A stretch of DNA of 63,217 bases, filler included, from an uncultured bacterium (GTDB lineage Bacteria > DYJV01), in the NCBI GenBank assembly GCA_964543655.1. It is 4 parts of 4 records of this genome, joined end to end, with 100 filler letters (N's around TTAATTAATTAA, not from the genome) between each part and the next. Parts side by side here need not be neighbours in the genome. Positions count along the whole stretch, not along the records: positions 49,417 to 60,897 come from CAZIZE010000047.1; positions 60,998 to 63,217 come from CAZIZE010000056.1; 2 more parts are not named here. One strand, 5' to 3'. The position numbers were made by a program, and so were the translations under genes. This document shows, piece by piece, positions 51,169 through 61,520 of this stretch (the stretch's first letter is position 1; every line of letters begins with the position of its first letter). The notes under the pieces are model-generated. The model was given only the letters and a program-made list of their open reading frames with translations, had not been told where the DNA came from and made no database searches.

Positions 51169-54096
51169 TTATTTTAAAATAGCATACTTACCAGATTTCC
51201 CATTCATAAAAACTTTTAATGGTTTCTTAAATTTTACTATTTTAAAAAATTTTTTCTTCATTGCAGCTGGTTGGTCTTTTAAATAGTCCCAATTAATAAA
51301 ACCTTTATCTTTTGCATAATATGGCACATTGAAGTAACCTATATTTAAAGCAATAATATTGTGTATAAAATGCGTACCCTGTGAGGGATCTATATCAAAA
51401 TCTTTAAGTCCACATTCAACTATTACCTTTGCCATACTTATATCATCCCATTCTACCGGGATTCCAAGGAATTTATCTCTTGAACCCCACCTGCCTGCAC
51501 CAATCAGTATATAATCCTCATTGCTCTCTGAAAGTTTTTTATTTATCTCATTTATTTCTGTTTTCATCTGTTCAGTTAGAGTTTTATCAAATTTTTCTGG
51601 TTCAATATAAACTATTGTTGAAATATTGTCTAAAATACCATTGCCACATCCAAATTCTGAATATAAAAGCAATTTATCTTTATCAATGCTTTCAATATCT
51701 GGCATTTCAAATTCCTGATAAGTAACCAATGGTCTTACCTGTAAAATATGAAATTTCACACTATCTTCAAGATTAACTGCAAATTCTATTTCCACCGGTG
51801 CGCCTACTGCAACACTGCATAATGATAGAACTTCATTTAGAATATTAGATAAAGGAAAATATTCATATTTCAAAATATTTTCAAAATTAATTACTCTGGG
51901 ACCTTTAACAAATATCCCAGGCTCTATCCTGCCATTTACTGGATTATAAGTGGATGCAATTTGGTTTATTGTCCCATGCTTTTCTGCAATACTAATTGGA
52001 AGTTTAACAATAAAAGCATCTTCGCCAGTGCACTCTATATCACTTTTATTCATATCAATTGCATAAAACTCTGTCTGGGTTAATTTGAGCAGGTCTTCTT
52101 CTGTAAGATAACTGATTTCAGGATATCTGGGGCAAAATCTGTAACTTTTCTCACCTTCCACAACATATTTGCCCAATCCCACAGCTACTGTTGCTACTCC
52201 ATCATTATGCTTCATATAAGATATAGGATAATAGTTATAGCTCTGAGCAACACCAGCAAAATTTGGGTAAAAATAATTTTCATGTAAGTTCCCTGAAACT
52301 TCTTGAATAATAACAGCCATTTTTTCTTCTTCCAAATTAAGACCTAACCTGTTAATATAGGCTCGAGTCTCTTTATAATAAACAGAGCTGTATACCACTT
52401 TAATAGCATCTGAAACTTGCTTAACTCTTTCTTCTAAAGACTCTAAATTATTTGGAAGTATTATGCTCTCATAAACTCCTGCAAATGGATGGAACTGAGA
52501 ATCTTCAAGAAGCCCTGAGGATCTAACAATTAAAGGTCTTTTTAATTTTTTTAATAAAATTTTTAAAGCTTCTGTTAAACTATCTGGTAATTTAGCTTTT
52601 AAAAAAATATCTCTAATTTCCCTATCCAAATGAAAATCAAAGTCAAGAAATAGGTAATTATTTTTTATAAACTCATCAAAATAACCAGTTGCAACAATAA
52701 AAGTTTCAGGAATATCAATAATTACATTATAAAATTTTTTCTTTATCTTAGTTGCATTAATTAATGCATTTAAAAAACTTAATCCTCTCCCTTTGCCACC
52801 AAGTGAGCCATTTCCTATTTTGATTACAACATTTTCATCATAAATTTCATCATATTTGAAATCAAGAACTTTACCCTGAATTCTCTTTTTCTTTAAATTT
52901 CTAATAACATTTAAAAGGAACTTTCTCCTCTGTTCAACTGTTTTAAATTTCTCTTTTTTTACTTTTCTCAACTTTCTTGCTATACCAATTTCTCCCCTTG
53001 CAGCAAGCCACATACAAAACTCTTTTCTATCAGCATGATATTTAAATGAAGAAATTGGTATTTTTTCAATAGCTTGCTCAAATTCATTGAAAGTTCTTGC
53101 TACTTTAATCTCTTCTCCTTTTTCATTCTTAAAGATAAAATCTCCAAAACCACACTTTTGCTTTAAAAATAAATTCAAATCATTTATAAAAAAGATGGTA
53201 TTTTTATAAACAGTAGAAACATTATATTTTTTCATTTTCCTTAACAGCTCTGCATTGGATGATTGAACAAGTAAAGGCACTTCAGGTAATTCTTCTTTCA
53301 CCTTTTCTACAATTTTAAAACCAGCATCTCTCTCATCTCCAAGCTCAATATCAGTAATAATACAATGCATAAAGTCTTTATATTTATCTATTAATTCAAG
53401 TGCATTTACTAAATTTTTAGCAAGTAAAATTTTAGGTCTTGTCCTCATTCTAAGATATTTAATGTCATTGTTAGCTTCTTCTTCTATTAATTTTTGAGTT
53501 TGAACCATTAAAAATTTGTAAAGTTCTGGCAGATAAAGAGAGTAATACTTTGGAGAATCCTCTATTAATAAAATGGTACTAACTCCTCCAACTACTGTAT
53601 CAACAGGTGCATTCCATATATCTTCTATGCTCTTAATTATTGAAATAAAAAGTGACGGTTCTCCTGACCATAAAAATACATTATCAATATGCTCCATTTT
53701 TTGAGTGGAAAAGATTCTAAAATCAGAAGACTCAGATAATAAAAGCACAAAAAAAGTATTTTTTGATTTTTCTTTAACAATTCGACTTAACTGAAAAACA
53801 TCAGGCTCTCCAATTCTTATAGTGGAGATAATAAGGTCAAATGATTCATTTTCAAGTAATTTCAAAGCATGAGAGGAGTTAATTGCTACTGTAACTTTTG
53901 GAATGGAGGTAAGATTGTACTGATGATAGCCACCAATAATTTGTTCAGAAAATTTCGATTCTTCTTCAATTGCAAATGCAGTGTAAAATGTAGAGATTAT
54001 CAGAATATTTTTAATACGTTTCTGCATTAATTTATGGTAAAGAGTTTCACCATACTTAAACTTCTGATAAATCTCTATTAATTTTTCAATATTCAT
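51169..54096 (-). CDS. Receiver-like domains fused to a PEP synthase/PPDK N-terminal nucleotide-binding domain
   Basis: REC-like LLIEDS...IITD; GGKGRGL, VRSSGLLED..FAGVY, MAVIIQ, EIEFA, LQVRP; GRWGS C-terminal motif. Confidence 0.8.
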   Translation of the reverse strand: MNIEKLIEIYQKFKYGETLYHKLMQKRIKNILIISTFYTAFAIEEESKFSEQIIGGYHQYNLTSIPKVTVAINSSHALKLLENESFDLIISTIRIGEPDVFQLSRIVKEKSKNTFFVLLLSESSDFRIFSTQKMEHIDNVFLWSGEPSLFISIIKSIEDIWNAPVDTVVGGVSTILLIEDSPKYYSLYLPELYKFLMVQTQKLIEEEANNDIKYLRMRTRPKILLAKNLVNALELIDKYKDFMHCIITDIELGDERDAGFKIVEKVKEELPEVPLLVQSSNAELLRKMKKYNVSTVYKNTIFFINDLNLFLKQKCGFGDFIFKNEKGEEIKVARTFNEFEQAIEKIPISSFKYHADRKEFCMWLAARGEIGIARKLRKVKKEKFKTVEQRRKFLLNVIRNLKKKRIQGKVLDFKYDEIYDENVVIKIGNGSLGGKGRGLSFLNALINATKIKKKFYNVIIDIPETFIVATGYFDEFIKNNYLFLDFDFHLDREIRDIFLKAKLPDSLTEALKILLKKLKRPLIVRSSGLLEDSQFHPFAGVYESIILPNNLESLEERVKQVSDAIKVVYSSVYYKETRAYINRLGLNLEEEKMAVIIQEVSGNLHENYFYPNFAGVAQSYNYYPISYMKHNDGVATVAVGLGKYVVEGEKSYRFCPRYPEISYLTEEDLLKLTQTEFYAIDMNKSDIECTGEDAFIVKLPISIAEKHGTINQIASTYNPVNGRIEPGIFVKGPRVINFENILKYEYFPLSNILNEVLSLCSVAVGAPVEIEFAVNLEDSVKFHILQVRPLVTYQEFEMPDIESIDKDKLLLYSEFGCGNGILDNISTIVYIEPEKFDKTLTEQMKTEINEINKKLSESNEDYILIGAGRWGSRDKFLGIPVEWDDISMAKVIVECGLKDFDIDPSQGTHFIHNIIALNIGYFNVPYYAKDKGFINWDYLKDQPAAMKKKFFKIVKFKKPLKVFMNGKSGKYAILK

Positions 54097-55646
54097 TAAG
54101 CAAGTTCTATTAATCTATTGTTAATCTCTTCTATTAATTTTTCACCAGCTGCAACAGAAATAATGCTATTTTTTATTGCTTCATTAACTGCATCTTTCTC
54201 TTTTAAAAGCAGTCTTTTTAAGGAAGATGTGTATTCATAGCTGCTAACCACATCATTTTTAGCCAGTTCTTCTATCCTCTCCTGAGAATTTTGCAAATCT
54301 TGCTTTATATCTTCAAGAAGAAGATCATAAACCTTTTTAGAAATAAGACCATCTTCAAACATTGCAATTAACTCTTTGAAATAATCATTCAGAGCAATGT
54401 ATCTACCTTTTTCATACTCATATTCATCAAGATTCTTATCTCTACCACCTATCTTTAATATTTTCAGTAATCCTTTTATAGATAATCCCTGCACAATCAA
54501 TGAAAAAGCAACAACTCCAAATGTCATTACCAGAATAATTTCTCTATACTGATAATCTTTAGGAACAGCAAGAGCAAGAGCCATTGCAAGAGCCCCTCTA
54601 ACTCCACCCCAAATAGAAACAATTTGCCATTTAAATGAAATTTTTTTATCTATCCTGTTAATAAAAGGTGTTAGAATAGTTATTGAAATAATTCTACCAA
54701 TTAACACAGCAACTATAGCTGCAATAATGTAAGGCATATACTTTATTAGGTGAGCTGAATTCACCTCAAGACCTATTATGAAAAACACTACTGAATTTAT
54801 TATAAAAGCAATGTATTCCCAAAAATCTTTTACAGAAACCCTTGTTGTTGGCGACATTCCTATTTTACTTCCATAATTTCCCACCATTAATCCAGCACAG
54901 ATAACAGAAATAACTCCAGAAACCTCGAAATGTTCTGCAACAATAAAGGCAAGATATGCAAGAATTGTTGTAAGTGTAATCTCTATTAAATGGTCATCAA
55001 CAAGAGCTGTAATTTTTGAAAAAGTGAGCCCAAGAATTGTCCCAATTAGTGCTCCACCAAAAGCAACTGCAACAAATTCTTTTAAACCATGAACAAGGGT
55101 AAATTCAGAGCTTCCTGTGGCAGCTGCAAGTATAATTCCAAAAACAACTACAGAAATACCGTCATTAAATAAGCTTTCGCCCTCTATTATCAATGATAAT
55201 CTTTTAGGAACACCTAATTCTTTAAAAATTGCAAGAACAGAAATCGGGTCAGTTGATGAAATTACACTTCCAAAAAGAAAAAATGCAATTAATGGCATTG
55301 TAAAATCAAAGGAGAATGATTTGAAAATATAGTTAAGGGTAAAACCTGTAACAAAAACAGCAATTAAAACCCCAATAACAGCATAAGTTAGAACAGGTTT
55401 AATATTTTCTTTAAGCTCATCAAAATGAAGGTTAAAAGCAGCTTCAAAAAGTAGAGGAGGCAATAATATATGAAAAATAAGAGTAGGCGTCAATCTAATA
55501 TCAGGAAAAGCATTGAAAAAACTCAAAATAATACCTGCGAAAATAAGTGCAATAGTGTAAGGCAGTCTTAAATATCTAATAACCATTGCAACTGATGTTA
55601 TTGCCATTAAAAGAAAAATAATCTCCATTTCCAATGACATTCCCAT
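54096..55646 (-). CDS. CPA1-family Na+/H+ antiporter (NhaP/NhaG-like)
   Basis: LPPLLFEA, STDPISV, EGESLFNDG, GGVRGA. Confidence 0.93.
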   Translation of the reverse strand: MGMSLEMEIIFLLMAITSVAMVIRYLRLPYTIALIFAGIILSFFNAFPDIRLTPTLIFHILLPPLLFEAAFNLHFDELKENIKPVLTYAVIGVLIAVFVTGFTLNYIFKSFSFDFTMPLIAFFLFGSVISSTDPISVLAIFKELGVPKRLSLIIEGESLFNDGISVVVFGIILAAATGSSEFTLVHGLKEFVAVAFGGALIGTILGLTFSKITALVDDHLIEITLTTILAYLAFIVAEHFEVSGVISVICAGLMVGNYGSKIGMSPTTRVSVKDFWEYIAFIINSVVFFIIGLEVNSAHLIKYMPYIIAAIVAVLIGRIISITILTPFINRIDKKISFKWQIVSIWGGVRGALAMALALAVPKDYQYREIILVMTFGVVAFSLIVQGLSIKGLLKILKIGGRDKNLDEYEYEKGRYIALNDYFKELIAMFEDGLISKKVYDLLLEDIKQDLQNSQERIEELAKNDVVSSYEYTSSLKRLLLKEKDAVNEAIKNSIISVAAGEKLIEEINNRLIELA

Positions 55647-55707
55647 GTAAGCCTCCTTAAAAATTTTCTTTTTATAAATCTATATTTTCTATTTTTAAAA
55701 AGTCAAG

Positions 55708-56562
55708 TTATTTAAGCAGAATTTCCTTTAAAATTTTAGCTCTTTCACTGTTAGGATAAAATGCAATAGTGTAATGATTGGTATCAGGAATATTTATAAC
55801 TTTAACATTAGGAATTTTTTCAATCATTTCTTTTAAAACATTATCAGGTAGCAACAAGTCATCATCAGTGAGCATACCTCTGGTTGCCCTTAAAATGTAA
55901 GTTGGACATGGAATCTCATGATAATATTCAGAAATATCAACTTTTTTCAAATTTTCTATTTCTTCTATAATTGTATCAGGTTTTACTCTTGATTTAACCT
56001 TGCCATCTGGTAATTCAATTAACTCATATCTATAATATTCTTCCATTGGTTTATACCAAGGTTGCAAAAAAGGTGCTTTCTTCATATGAGAAATATAATC
56101 TTCAAATGAATCAAACACCTTGCTTAACCTGTCAAGAGATGGCTTTATCCCATCAAAAACCTTTTTTGATTGAGATTCTGATAACTTTCCTCCACCATCA
56201 ACCAATATTAATTTATCAACATACTCTGCAAAATTTACAGAGAATATTATTCCAATATATGCACCAAGAGAATGCCCCATTACAGCAATTTTCTTAATCC
56301 CTAATTTATCCAGCACTTTTTTAATATCTTTTGCATGATTTTCAAGAGAATATCCTCCAGGTGCATCAGAATGACCTCTACCACGAATATCAACAGCAAT
56401 AAAATCAACTTCTTCAATCTCTTCAGCTATGGTGTTCCATACTCTACTGTTGGAGGATATACCATGAATGCAAAAAACCTGTTTTTCATTTAATGCATTT
56501 TCCCATATAGATAATTGCAAATTAAAATTATCTATTTTTACTTTTTTTGATATAGGTTTCAT
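55708..56562 (-). CDS. Alpha/beta hydrolase
   Basis: HG oxyanion motif, DIRGRG, GHSLG nucleophile, C-terminal NHY. Confidence 0.9.
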   Translation of the reverse strand: MKPISKKVKIDNFNLQLSIWENALNEKQVFCIHGISSNSRVWNTIAEEIEEVDFIAVDIRGRGHSDAPGGYSLENHAKDIKKVLDKLGIKKIAVMGHSLGAYIGIIFSVNFAEYVDKLILVDGGGKLSESQSKKVFDGIKPSLDRLSKVFDSFEDYISHMKKAPFLQPWYKPMEEYYRYELIELPDGKVKSRVKPDTIIEEIENLKKVDISEYYHEIPCPTYILRATRGMLTDDDLLLPDNVLKEMIEKIPNVKVINIPDTNHYTIAFYPNSERAKILKEILLK

Positions 56563-56577
56563 TAAAGACTCCAGAAA

Positions 56578-57432
56578 TTAATTTAATGAGAACATTATAG
56601 CAAGTAACCATGAAAATAAAATTGTAAAAACAACAATAAATTTATACGTTCTTTCTTTAATGCTATCAAAGAATGGAAACTTTTTATAGTATAGCATCAA
56701 TACTACAATTCCACTGAAAAATCCAGCAATATGTGCTATTAGGTCCACATTTTTTCCTGTCCCTGTAAATGCAAGTAGCGCAATTCCTGCACTAATAGGT
56801 AAATATTTTTTTATTATACTACTATTCTGATTTTTTATAATAAAATTCTGAAATGAAAGCATTCCAATAACTGCAAATACAGATGTTGAAAATCCAATTG
56901 AGCTATGAAACTTCTGATAAATATAATCAGAAACCACATTTGCTAAAAATCCAGATAGAATTATAAAAAACCATGCTTTCCCTTCATTAAAATATTTTAC
57001 AACAGATTTTATGAGTATCAAAAAAAATATCATATTTGATGCTATATGAGCAATATTTGCATGTAGAGTCAGTGCTGTAATAGCTCTATAAAATTCACCA
57101 TTAATAACCTTAGCTGCATCATTTGCTCCAGCTGCAATCCAGAAATTAAAATCTGTTAATTTTGTAATAAAATAGAAAACAATTAAAAATAGCACCATAC
57201 AATTGCTGAAAACAATCTCCATATCTTCATCTTCTACCTGTTTATCTTCAACCTCTAACTCCTCTTTTAAATATTCATTTAAGTTATTATATACAAAAAA
57301 TGCATCCTCTTCATAAATATAAATTGTGCCATTTTCAATTGAATATGGCACATTTAAAGCTATTAGCAATAATTCTATCTCTCTTAAAAAATTGCTGTTA
57401 AGAGCAGTTAAAAATGGCTTTAATATTTTCAT
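56578..57432 (-). CDS. Rhomboid family intramembrane serine protease
   Basis: LHANIAHIASN, GFS catalytic Ser, AHIAG catalytic His; start uncertain. Confidence 0.82.
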   Translation of the reverse strand: MKILKPFLTALNSNFLREIELLLIALNVPYSIENGTIYIYEEDAFFVYNNLNEYLKEELEVEDKQVEDEDMEIVFSNCMVLFLIVFYFITKLTDFNFWIAAGANDAAKVINGEFYRAITALTLHANIAHIASNMIFFLILIKSVVKYFNEGKAWFFIILSGFLANVVSDYIYQKFHSSIGFSTSVFAVIGMLSFQNFIIKNQNSSIIKKYLPISAGIALLAFTGTGKNVDLIAHIAGFFSGIVVLMLYYKKFPFFDSIKERTYKFIVVFTILFSWLLAIMFSLN

Positions 57433-58432
57433 AATTTGGAGGTGAAATAATTCCTTTTTCAGTAATGATACCTGTAATGTATTCATGTGGAGTCACATCA
57501 AAGGCTGGGTTAAAAGTAGCTATATTATGAGGTGCTATTCTATGGCCTTTTATATCTGTGATTTCACTGCCATCTCTCTCTTCTATTGGAATATCATTAC
57601 CACTTTTAATTGAGAGATCAAAAGTGGAAAGAGGTGCTGCTATGTAAAATGGAATATTGTTCTCCTTTGCAAGAACACTAAGTGTATATGTGCCTATTTT
57701 ATTAGCTGTATCTCCATTCGCTGCTATTCTATCAGCTCCAACTACAATTACATCTACTTTTCCCTGTTTCATTAAAAAACCAGCCATATTATCACAAATT
57801 AATGTAGCGTTAATTCCCTCTTTTACCATCTCCCATGCTGTTAACCGTGCTCCTTGTAAAAATGGTCTTGTTTCATCAACATATACATGTATCTTTTTAG
57901 CATTGCGAAAGGCAGCTCTTATAACCCCAAGTGCTGTTCCAAAATCAGCTGTTGCAAGTGCACCAGCATTGCAGTGGGTAAGGATATTTGCAACCTCTGG
58001 AATAATTTTTTCCCCAAAATAACCTATTTTTTTATTTGTTTCAATATCCTCATTGTAAATCTTAATTGCTTCTTTATAAAAATGCTCTTTTATATCAGAT
58101 AGCTCTCTATCTTTAACCTTTTGAAAAAGTTTTTTCATCCTCTCTATTGCCCAAAAAAGATTAACAGCAGTAGGTCTTGAATTAGCAAATTCCTCACATA
58201 CATCATAAAATTGTCTTAATAAACTATCTTTTTCATTAATCTGGTTAACAAAAAGGGAAATTCCAAAAGCAGCTGCTACACCAATTGCCGGAGCCCCTCT
58301 TATTATCATCTCTTTTATTGCAAAAATAACATCTTTATAATTTTTACATTGAAAATATTCCTCTATTAAAGGTAATTTTCTTTGATCTATCATTAAGATT
58401 AAATTATCTTCATATTTTATTGTATAGCTCAT
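57398..58432 (-). CDS. mtnA: Methylthioribose-1-phosphate isomerase
   Basis: DQRKLP, RGAPAIG, RPTAVNL, THCNAG, ETRP, NKIGT; ATG 58432 with GGAGGG SD. Confidence 0.96.
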   Translation of the reverse strand: MSYTIKYEDNLILMIDQRKLPLIEEYFQCKNYKDVIFAIKEMIIRGAPAIGVAAAFGISLFVNQINEKDSLLRQFYDVCEEFANSRPTAVNLFWAIERMKKLFQKVKDRELSDIKEHFYKEAIKIYNEDIETNKKIGYFGEKIIPEVANILTHCNAGALATADFGTALGVIRAAFRNAKKIHVYVDETRPFLQGARLTAWEMVKEGINATLICDNMAGFLMKQGKVDVIVVGADRIAANGDTANKIGTYTLSVLAKENNIPFYIAAPLSTFDLSIKSGNDIPIEERDGSEITDIKGHRIAPHNIATFNPAFDVTPHEYITGIITEKGIISPPNYENIKAIFNCS

Positions 58433-58524
58433 ACTCCCTCCTTTTCTCCTTGATTTAAACTCCAAGTTATACTATACTACAATATATAAAAAAATCAACT
58501 ATGAGATTTTATCAGGAGTCAAAA

Positions 58525-60051
58525 ATGAAAAAATTCATAATCATTCTTATAGTGGCGATTTTGATAATATTTGCTGCTGGTTATTTTTTACTATTTACAC
58601 AACCAGGCAATAATATTTTAAAACCAATTATTCAGAGTAAAATAGCAGAAAAAACCGGTGTAAATATTAACATTACCGAATTCAGATTGAAACCTTCTAA
58701 TTTGTTAATAAATTTAAATGGGTTAGATGCTTTTAAAACATCAGCGAAAATTAAATTCTCCATTTTCAGTGGTGATATAAATGGAGTTATTAACAATAAA
58801 ATTATCGATTTCTCCAAGTTACAAAAGTTTACCAAAAGAAAATTAAATGGAAAATGCAACATTGACATTATTCTTAATGGAAATTACAAAAATAATCTAA
58901 TAGTTAATGTAACTTCAAATATTTTTGGTGGAATTTCTAAAATAAAGATTATAAAAAAAGGAGAGAAGCTTGATACTTTATTTTATCAGCTTAAAAATTT
59001 GAAAATATCTGAAATTTTAAAATTTTTAAATATTAATAATTATGCCACTGGCTACATTGACTCATTTGGAGACTTTAAGTTTAATAACAACAAAGGAAAT
59101 GGCAAAACTTTATTTACTGGTCATTTTATTTCAAAAAATATTAACAAAGATTTTCAAATTAATCTACCATACACTAAATTTAGTGGTGAAATTTTAAATT
59201 CATTTAAAAATGGGATAATTTACACAACTGCCAATATATATTCTAATCTTGCTAAAATATTTATTAATGACACCTTATTTCACATGAATGATAATACATT
59301 AACATCTCATTATAAGGTTGAGATTCCACAATTATCAGCATTTAATAACCTCGCTAATCAAAAGTTTCAGGGATTTGCAAAAATTGATGGTAAATTAAAA
59401 TTTAATAAAAAAATTTTTACAAATGGCACCATTACTATCAACAATAACATCTTAAATTATACTTTTAATGACCCAAAACTCAATATATTCTCGAAAAATC
59501 TTGATTCAATTGATCTATTAAAAACTCTTTCTTACCCTACAATATTTAAAACAATTGCAAAATTAAACCTTGACTACAATGTTTCCACTAAAAAGGGTGT
59601 TTTAAATATAAATTTTGATAAAGGAGTTTTTGGTAATACCAATCTTTTCAGGACAATAAAAAAATTTACAGGAGTTGATATAACAATTGAAGTATATAGA
59701 AATGGTTTTCTCAAAACATTAATTAATAATAAAATTCTTACATCTGATTTTGATTTAAAAAGTAAAAAAACAGAATTTTCCTCAAAAAATCTTATTGTTG
59801 ATCTTAACAAAAACATAATAAATGGCAGAGTAGATGCCAATATACTTGGTGCAATTATACATATTCTCATATCAGGAAGTTTAAACAAACCTGAAATTAA
59901 AACTGATATTCAGGATCTTTTTAAAAATCAGTTAATTAACAATTTAAAAAAACCTGATTTAAAAAATATTAAACAACAGATTAAGCAGCAAAAAAAAGAA
60001 ATAAAAAATATTAAAAAAGGATTAAAAGGATTATTTAATAATTTCAAATAG
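58525..60051 (+). CDS. Hypothetical membrane-anchored beta-rich protein (AsmA-like fold possible)
   Basis: AGGAG SD, N-terminal TM helix, beta-strand-rich body, C-terminal ISGSLNKP. Confidence 0.65.
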   Translation: MKKFIIILIVAILIIFAAGYFLLFTQPGNNILKPIIQSKIAEKTGVNINITEFRLKPSNLLINLNGLDAFKTSAKIKFSIFSGDINGVINNKIIDFSKLQKFTKRKLNGKCNIDIILNGNYKNNLIVNVTSNIFGGISKIKIIKKGEKLDTLFYQLKNLKISEILKFLNINNYATGYIDSFGDFKFNNNKGNGKTLFTGHFISKNINKDFQINLPYTKFSGEILNSFKNGIIYTTANIYSNLAKIFINDTLFHMNDNTLTSHYKVEIPQLSAFNNLANQKFQGFAKIDGKLKFNKKIFTNGTITINNNILNYTFNDPKLNIFSKNLDSIDLLKTLSYPTIFKTIAKLNLDYNVSTKKGVLNINFDKGVFGNTNLFRTIKKFTGVDITIEVYRNGFLKTLINNKILTSDFDLKSKKTEFSSKNLIVDLNKNIINGRVDANILGAIIHILISGSLNKPEIKTDIQDLFKNQLINNLKKPDLKNIKQQIKQQKKEIKNIKKGLKGLFNNFK

Positions 60052-60055
60052 TATT

Positions 60056-60763
60056 ATGAAAAGAATCATATTTCCACTTGATTTTTCTGATATAGAGGAA
60101 GCTGAATATTTTATAGAAATTTTGAAGCCAGAAGTTGACATATTTAAAATAGGCTTAGAGCTTTTTTATAAAGCTGGAATTAAATGGGTGGAAAAAATTT
60201 TAAAAACCCATGACATTAAAATTTTTCTTGATTTAAAACTGCATGACATACCAAATACTGTATACAGAGCAGTAAAAAACCTTCTTTACCTTAATCCTAC
60301 ATTTATTACAGTACACCTTGACGAATATGAAAAATTTTATAAATTTGTTGTTGAGCCAACAGGTTTTAAAGGTTTTCTTGCTGTTTCATTCCTCACATCT
60401 TTAAATGAAAAAAATCTGAGAGATTTAACAGAAAACAGAAATATTACTATAATAGACTTTGTGTTAAAGAAAGCTGATTATGCATTTAAATCACATTGTG
60501 CTGGGATTGTATGCTCTGCATACGAAGCTAAATTTATAAAAGAAAAGTTTGGCAATTCACTTAAAATTATCACACCTGGAATTAGATTTAAAGAATCTTC
60601 TATTTCAAATGATGATCAAGAACGAATTGTAACTCCTACAGAGGCTATAGAAAATGGAGCAGACTATCTTGTGATTGGCCGTCCAATTAGAACAGCTCCT
60701 AATCCTCTTTCACTTTGTAAGCAGATAAATAAATTGATTGTTAGTTGTTACGTCCGAAATTAA
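60056..60763 (+). CDS. pyrF: Orotidine-5'-phosphate decarboxylase
   Basis: KIGLE, DLKLHDIPNTV, TPGIR, DDQ.R, GRPI. Confidence 0.96.
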   Translation: MKRIIFPLDFSDIEEAEYFIEILKPEVDIFKIGLELFYKAGIKWVEKILKTHDIKIFLDLKLHDIPNTVYRAVKNLLYLNPTFITVHLDEYEKFYKFVVEPTGFKGFLAVSFLTSLNEKNLRDLTENRNITIIDFVLKKADYAFKSHCAGIVCSAYEAKFIKEKFGNSLKIITPGIRFKESSISNDDQERIVTPTEAIENGADYLVIGRPIRTAPNPLSLCKQINKLIVSCYVRN

Positions 60764-60800
60764 TCTTGAATTTATCCAAAATTTTTGATAAGTTGTCAAT

Positions 60801-60897
60801 ATGAAAAGGCTTCCAATAGGCATTCAGACTTTTAGCAAAATAATAGAAGAAAATTGTTACTATGTTGATAAAACAGAGATTGCTTTAAGGCTTATAG
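60801..60897 (+). CDS. N-terminus of an AAA-ATPase-like / PD-(D/E)XK nuclease family protein (truncated by gap)
   Basis: MKRLPIGIQTFSKIIEENCYYVDKT is the characteristic start of this family. Confidence 0.8.
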
Positions 60898-60997
60898 NNN
60901 NNNNNNNNNNNNNNNNNNNNNNNNNNNNNNNNNNNNNNNNNTTAATTAATTAANNNNNNNNNNNNNNNNNNNNNNNNNNNNNNNNNNNNNNNNNNNN
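60898..60997. other. Artificial contig-joining linker
   Basis: N44-TTAATTAATTAA-N44. Confidence 0.97.
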
Positions 60998-60999
60998 CA

Positions 61000-61188
61000 G
61001 TTTTAGGTGCACAACTTGTAGGTCCTATATATGCAGTAAAAAGGATTGATGTTTGGGCTACTATCATTTCTAACAAAATGACAATTAAAGAGGTTTTTAA
61101 CCTTGATCTTGCCTACTCTCCACCATTTTCACCTGTATTGTATCCTGTGCTCCTTGCAGCACGAGTGGGGAGAAGATATGTAAAATAA
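61000..61188 (+). CDS. C-terminus of a CoA-disulfide reductase/NADH oxidase family protein (5' end lost in gap)
   Basis: VLGAQLVG...KRIDV.AT...LDLAYSPPFSPV dimerisation-domain motif; not in the ORF track. Confidence 0.8.
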   Translation, partial: VLGAQLVGPIYAVKRIDVWATIISNKMTIKEVFNLDLAYSPPFSPVLYPVLLAARVGRRYVK

Positions 61189-61284
61189 TTTTCAACTTAA
61201 AACAACATTTGCAATATCCTTAAGTTGTTGTTATTAAAGTATCTTTCAGCGTTGAACTATGAACGTTGAACCGTGAACTTGTAT
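61187..61284. repeat. Family C partial copy
   Basis: Homologous to 5412-5509; heptamers gttgaac tatgaac gttgaac cgtgaac; ends ACTTGTA. Confidence 0.6.
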
Positions 61285-61285
61285 A

Positions 61286-61486
61286 AGACCTTTGAGTGTT
61301 TTTACTATTGCTAAAATTTTTTAATATTGATAATTTATAAATTCTTTAGTTGTTACACTCTTTCAGAATAACCTCAAAAAAGGTATTCTGACTCTGTGTA
61401 GAGAGAAAGGGAAGAATCCATTATAACTATTTGTTAACATACATAATTATTTTATAAAATTTTGCTATTTAATTGTGCAAAGGTCC
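61286..61486 (+). mobile_element. MITE family A, copy 3 (degenerate)
   Basis: AGACCTTTG ... TGTGCAAAGGTCC ends; internal ctctttcagaataacctcaaaaa...gaagaatccattataa matches copy 1. Confidence 0.75.
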
Positions 61487-61520
61487 TATGTCAGAAAAGA
61501 ATTATAGGAGTTTTTCATTT

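Noticed and set aside
460..59888. Many short antisense or alternate-frame ORFs of 60-120 aa in the ORF track
   Set aside because: They overlap well-supported genes and carry no motifs; treated as shadow ORFs.
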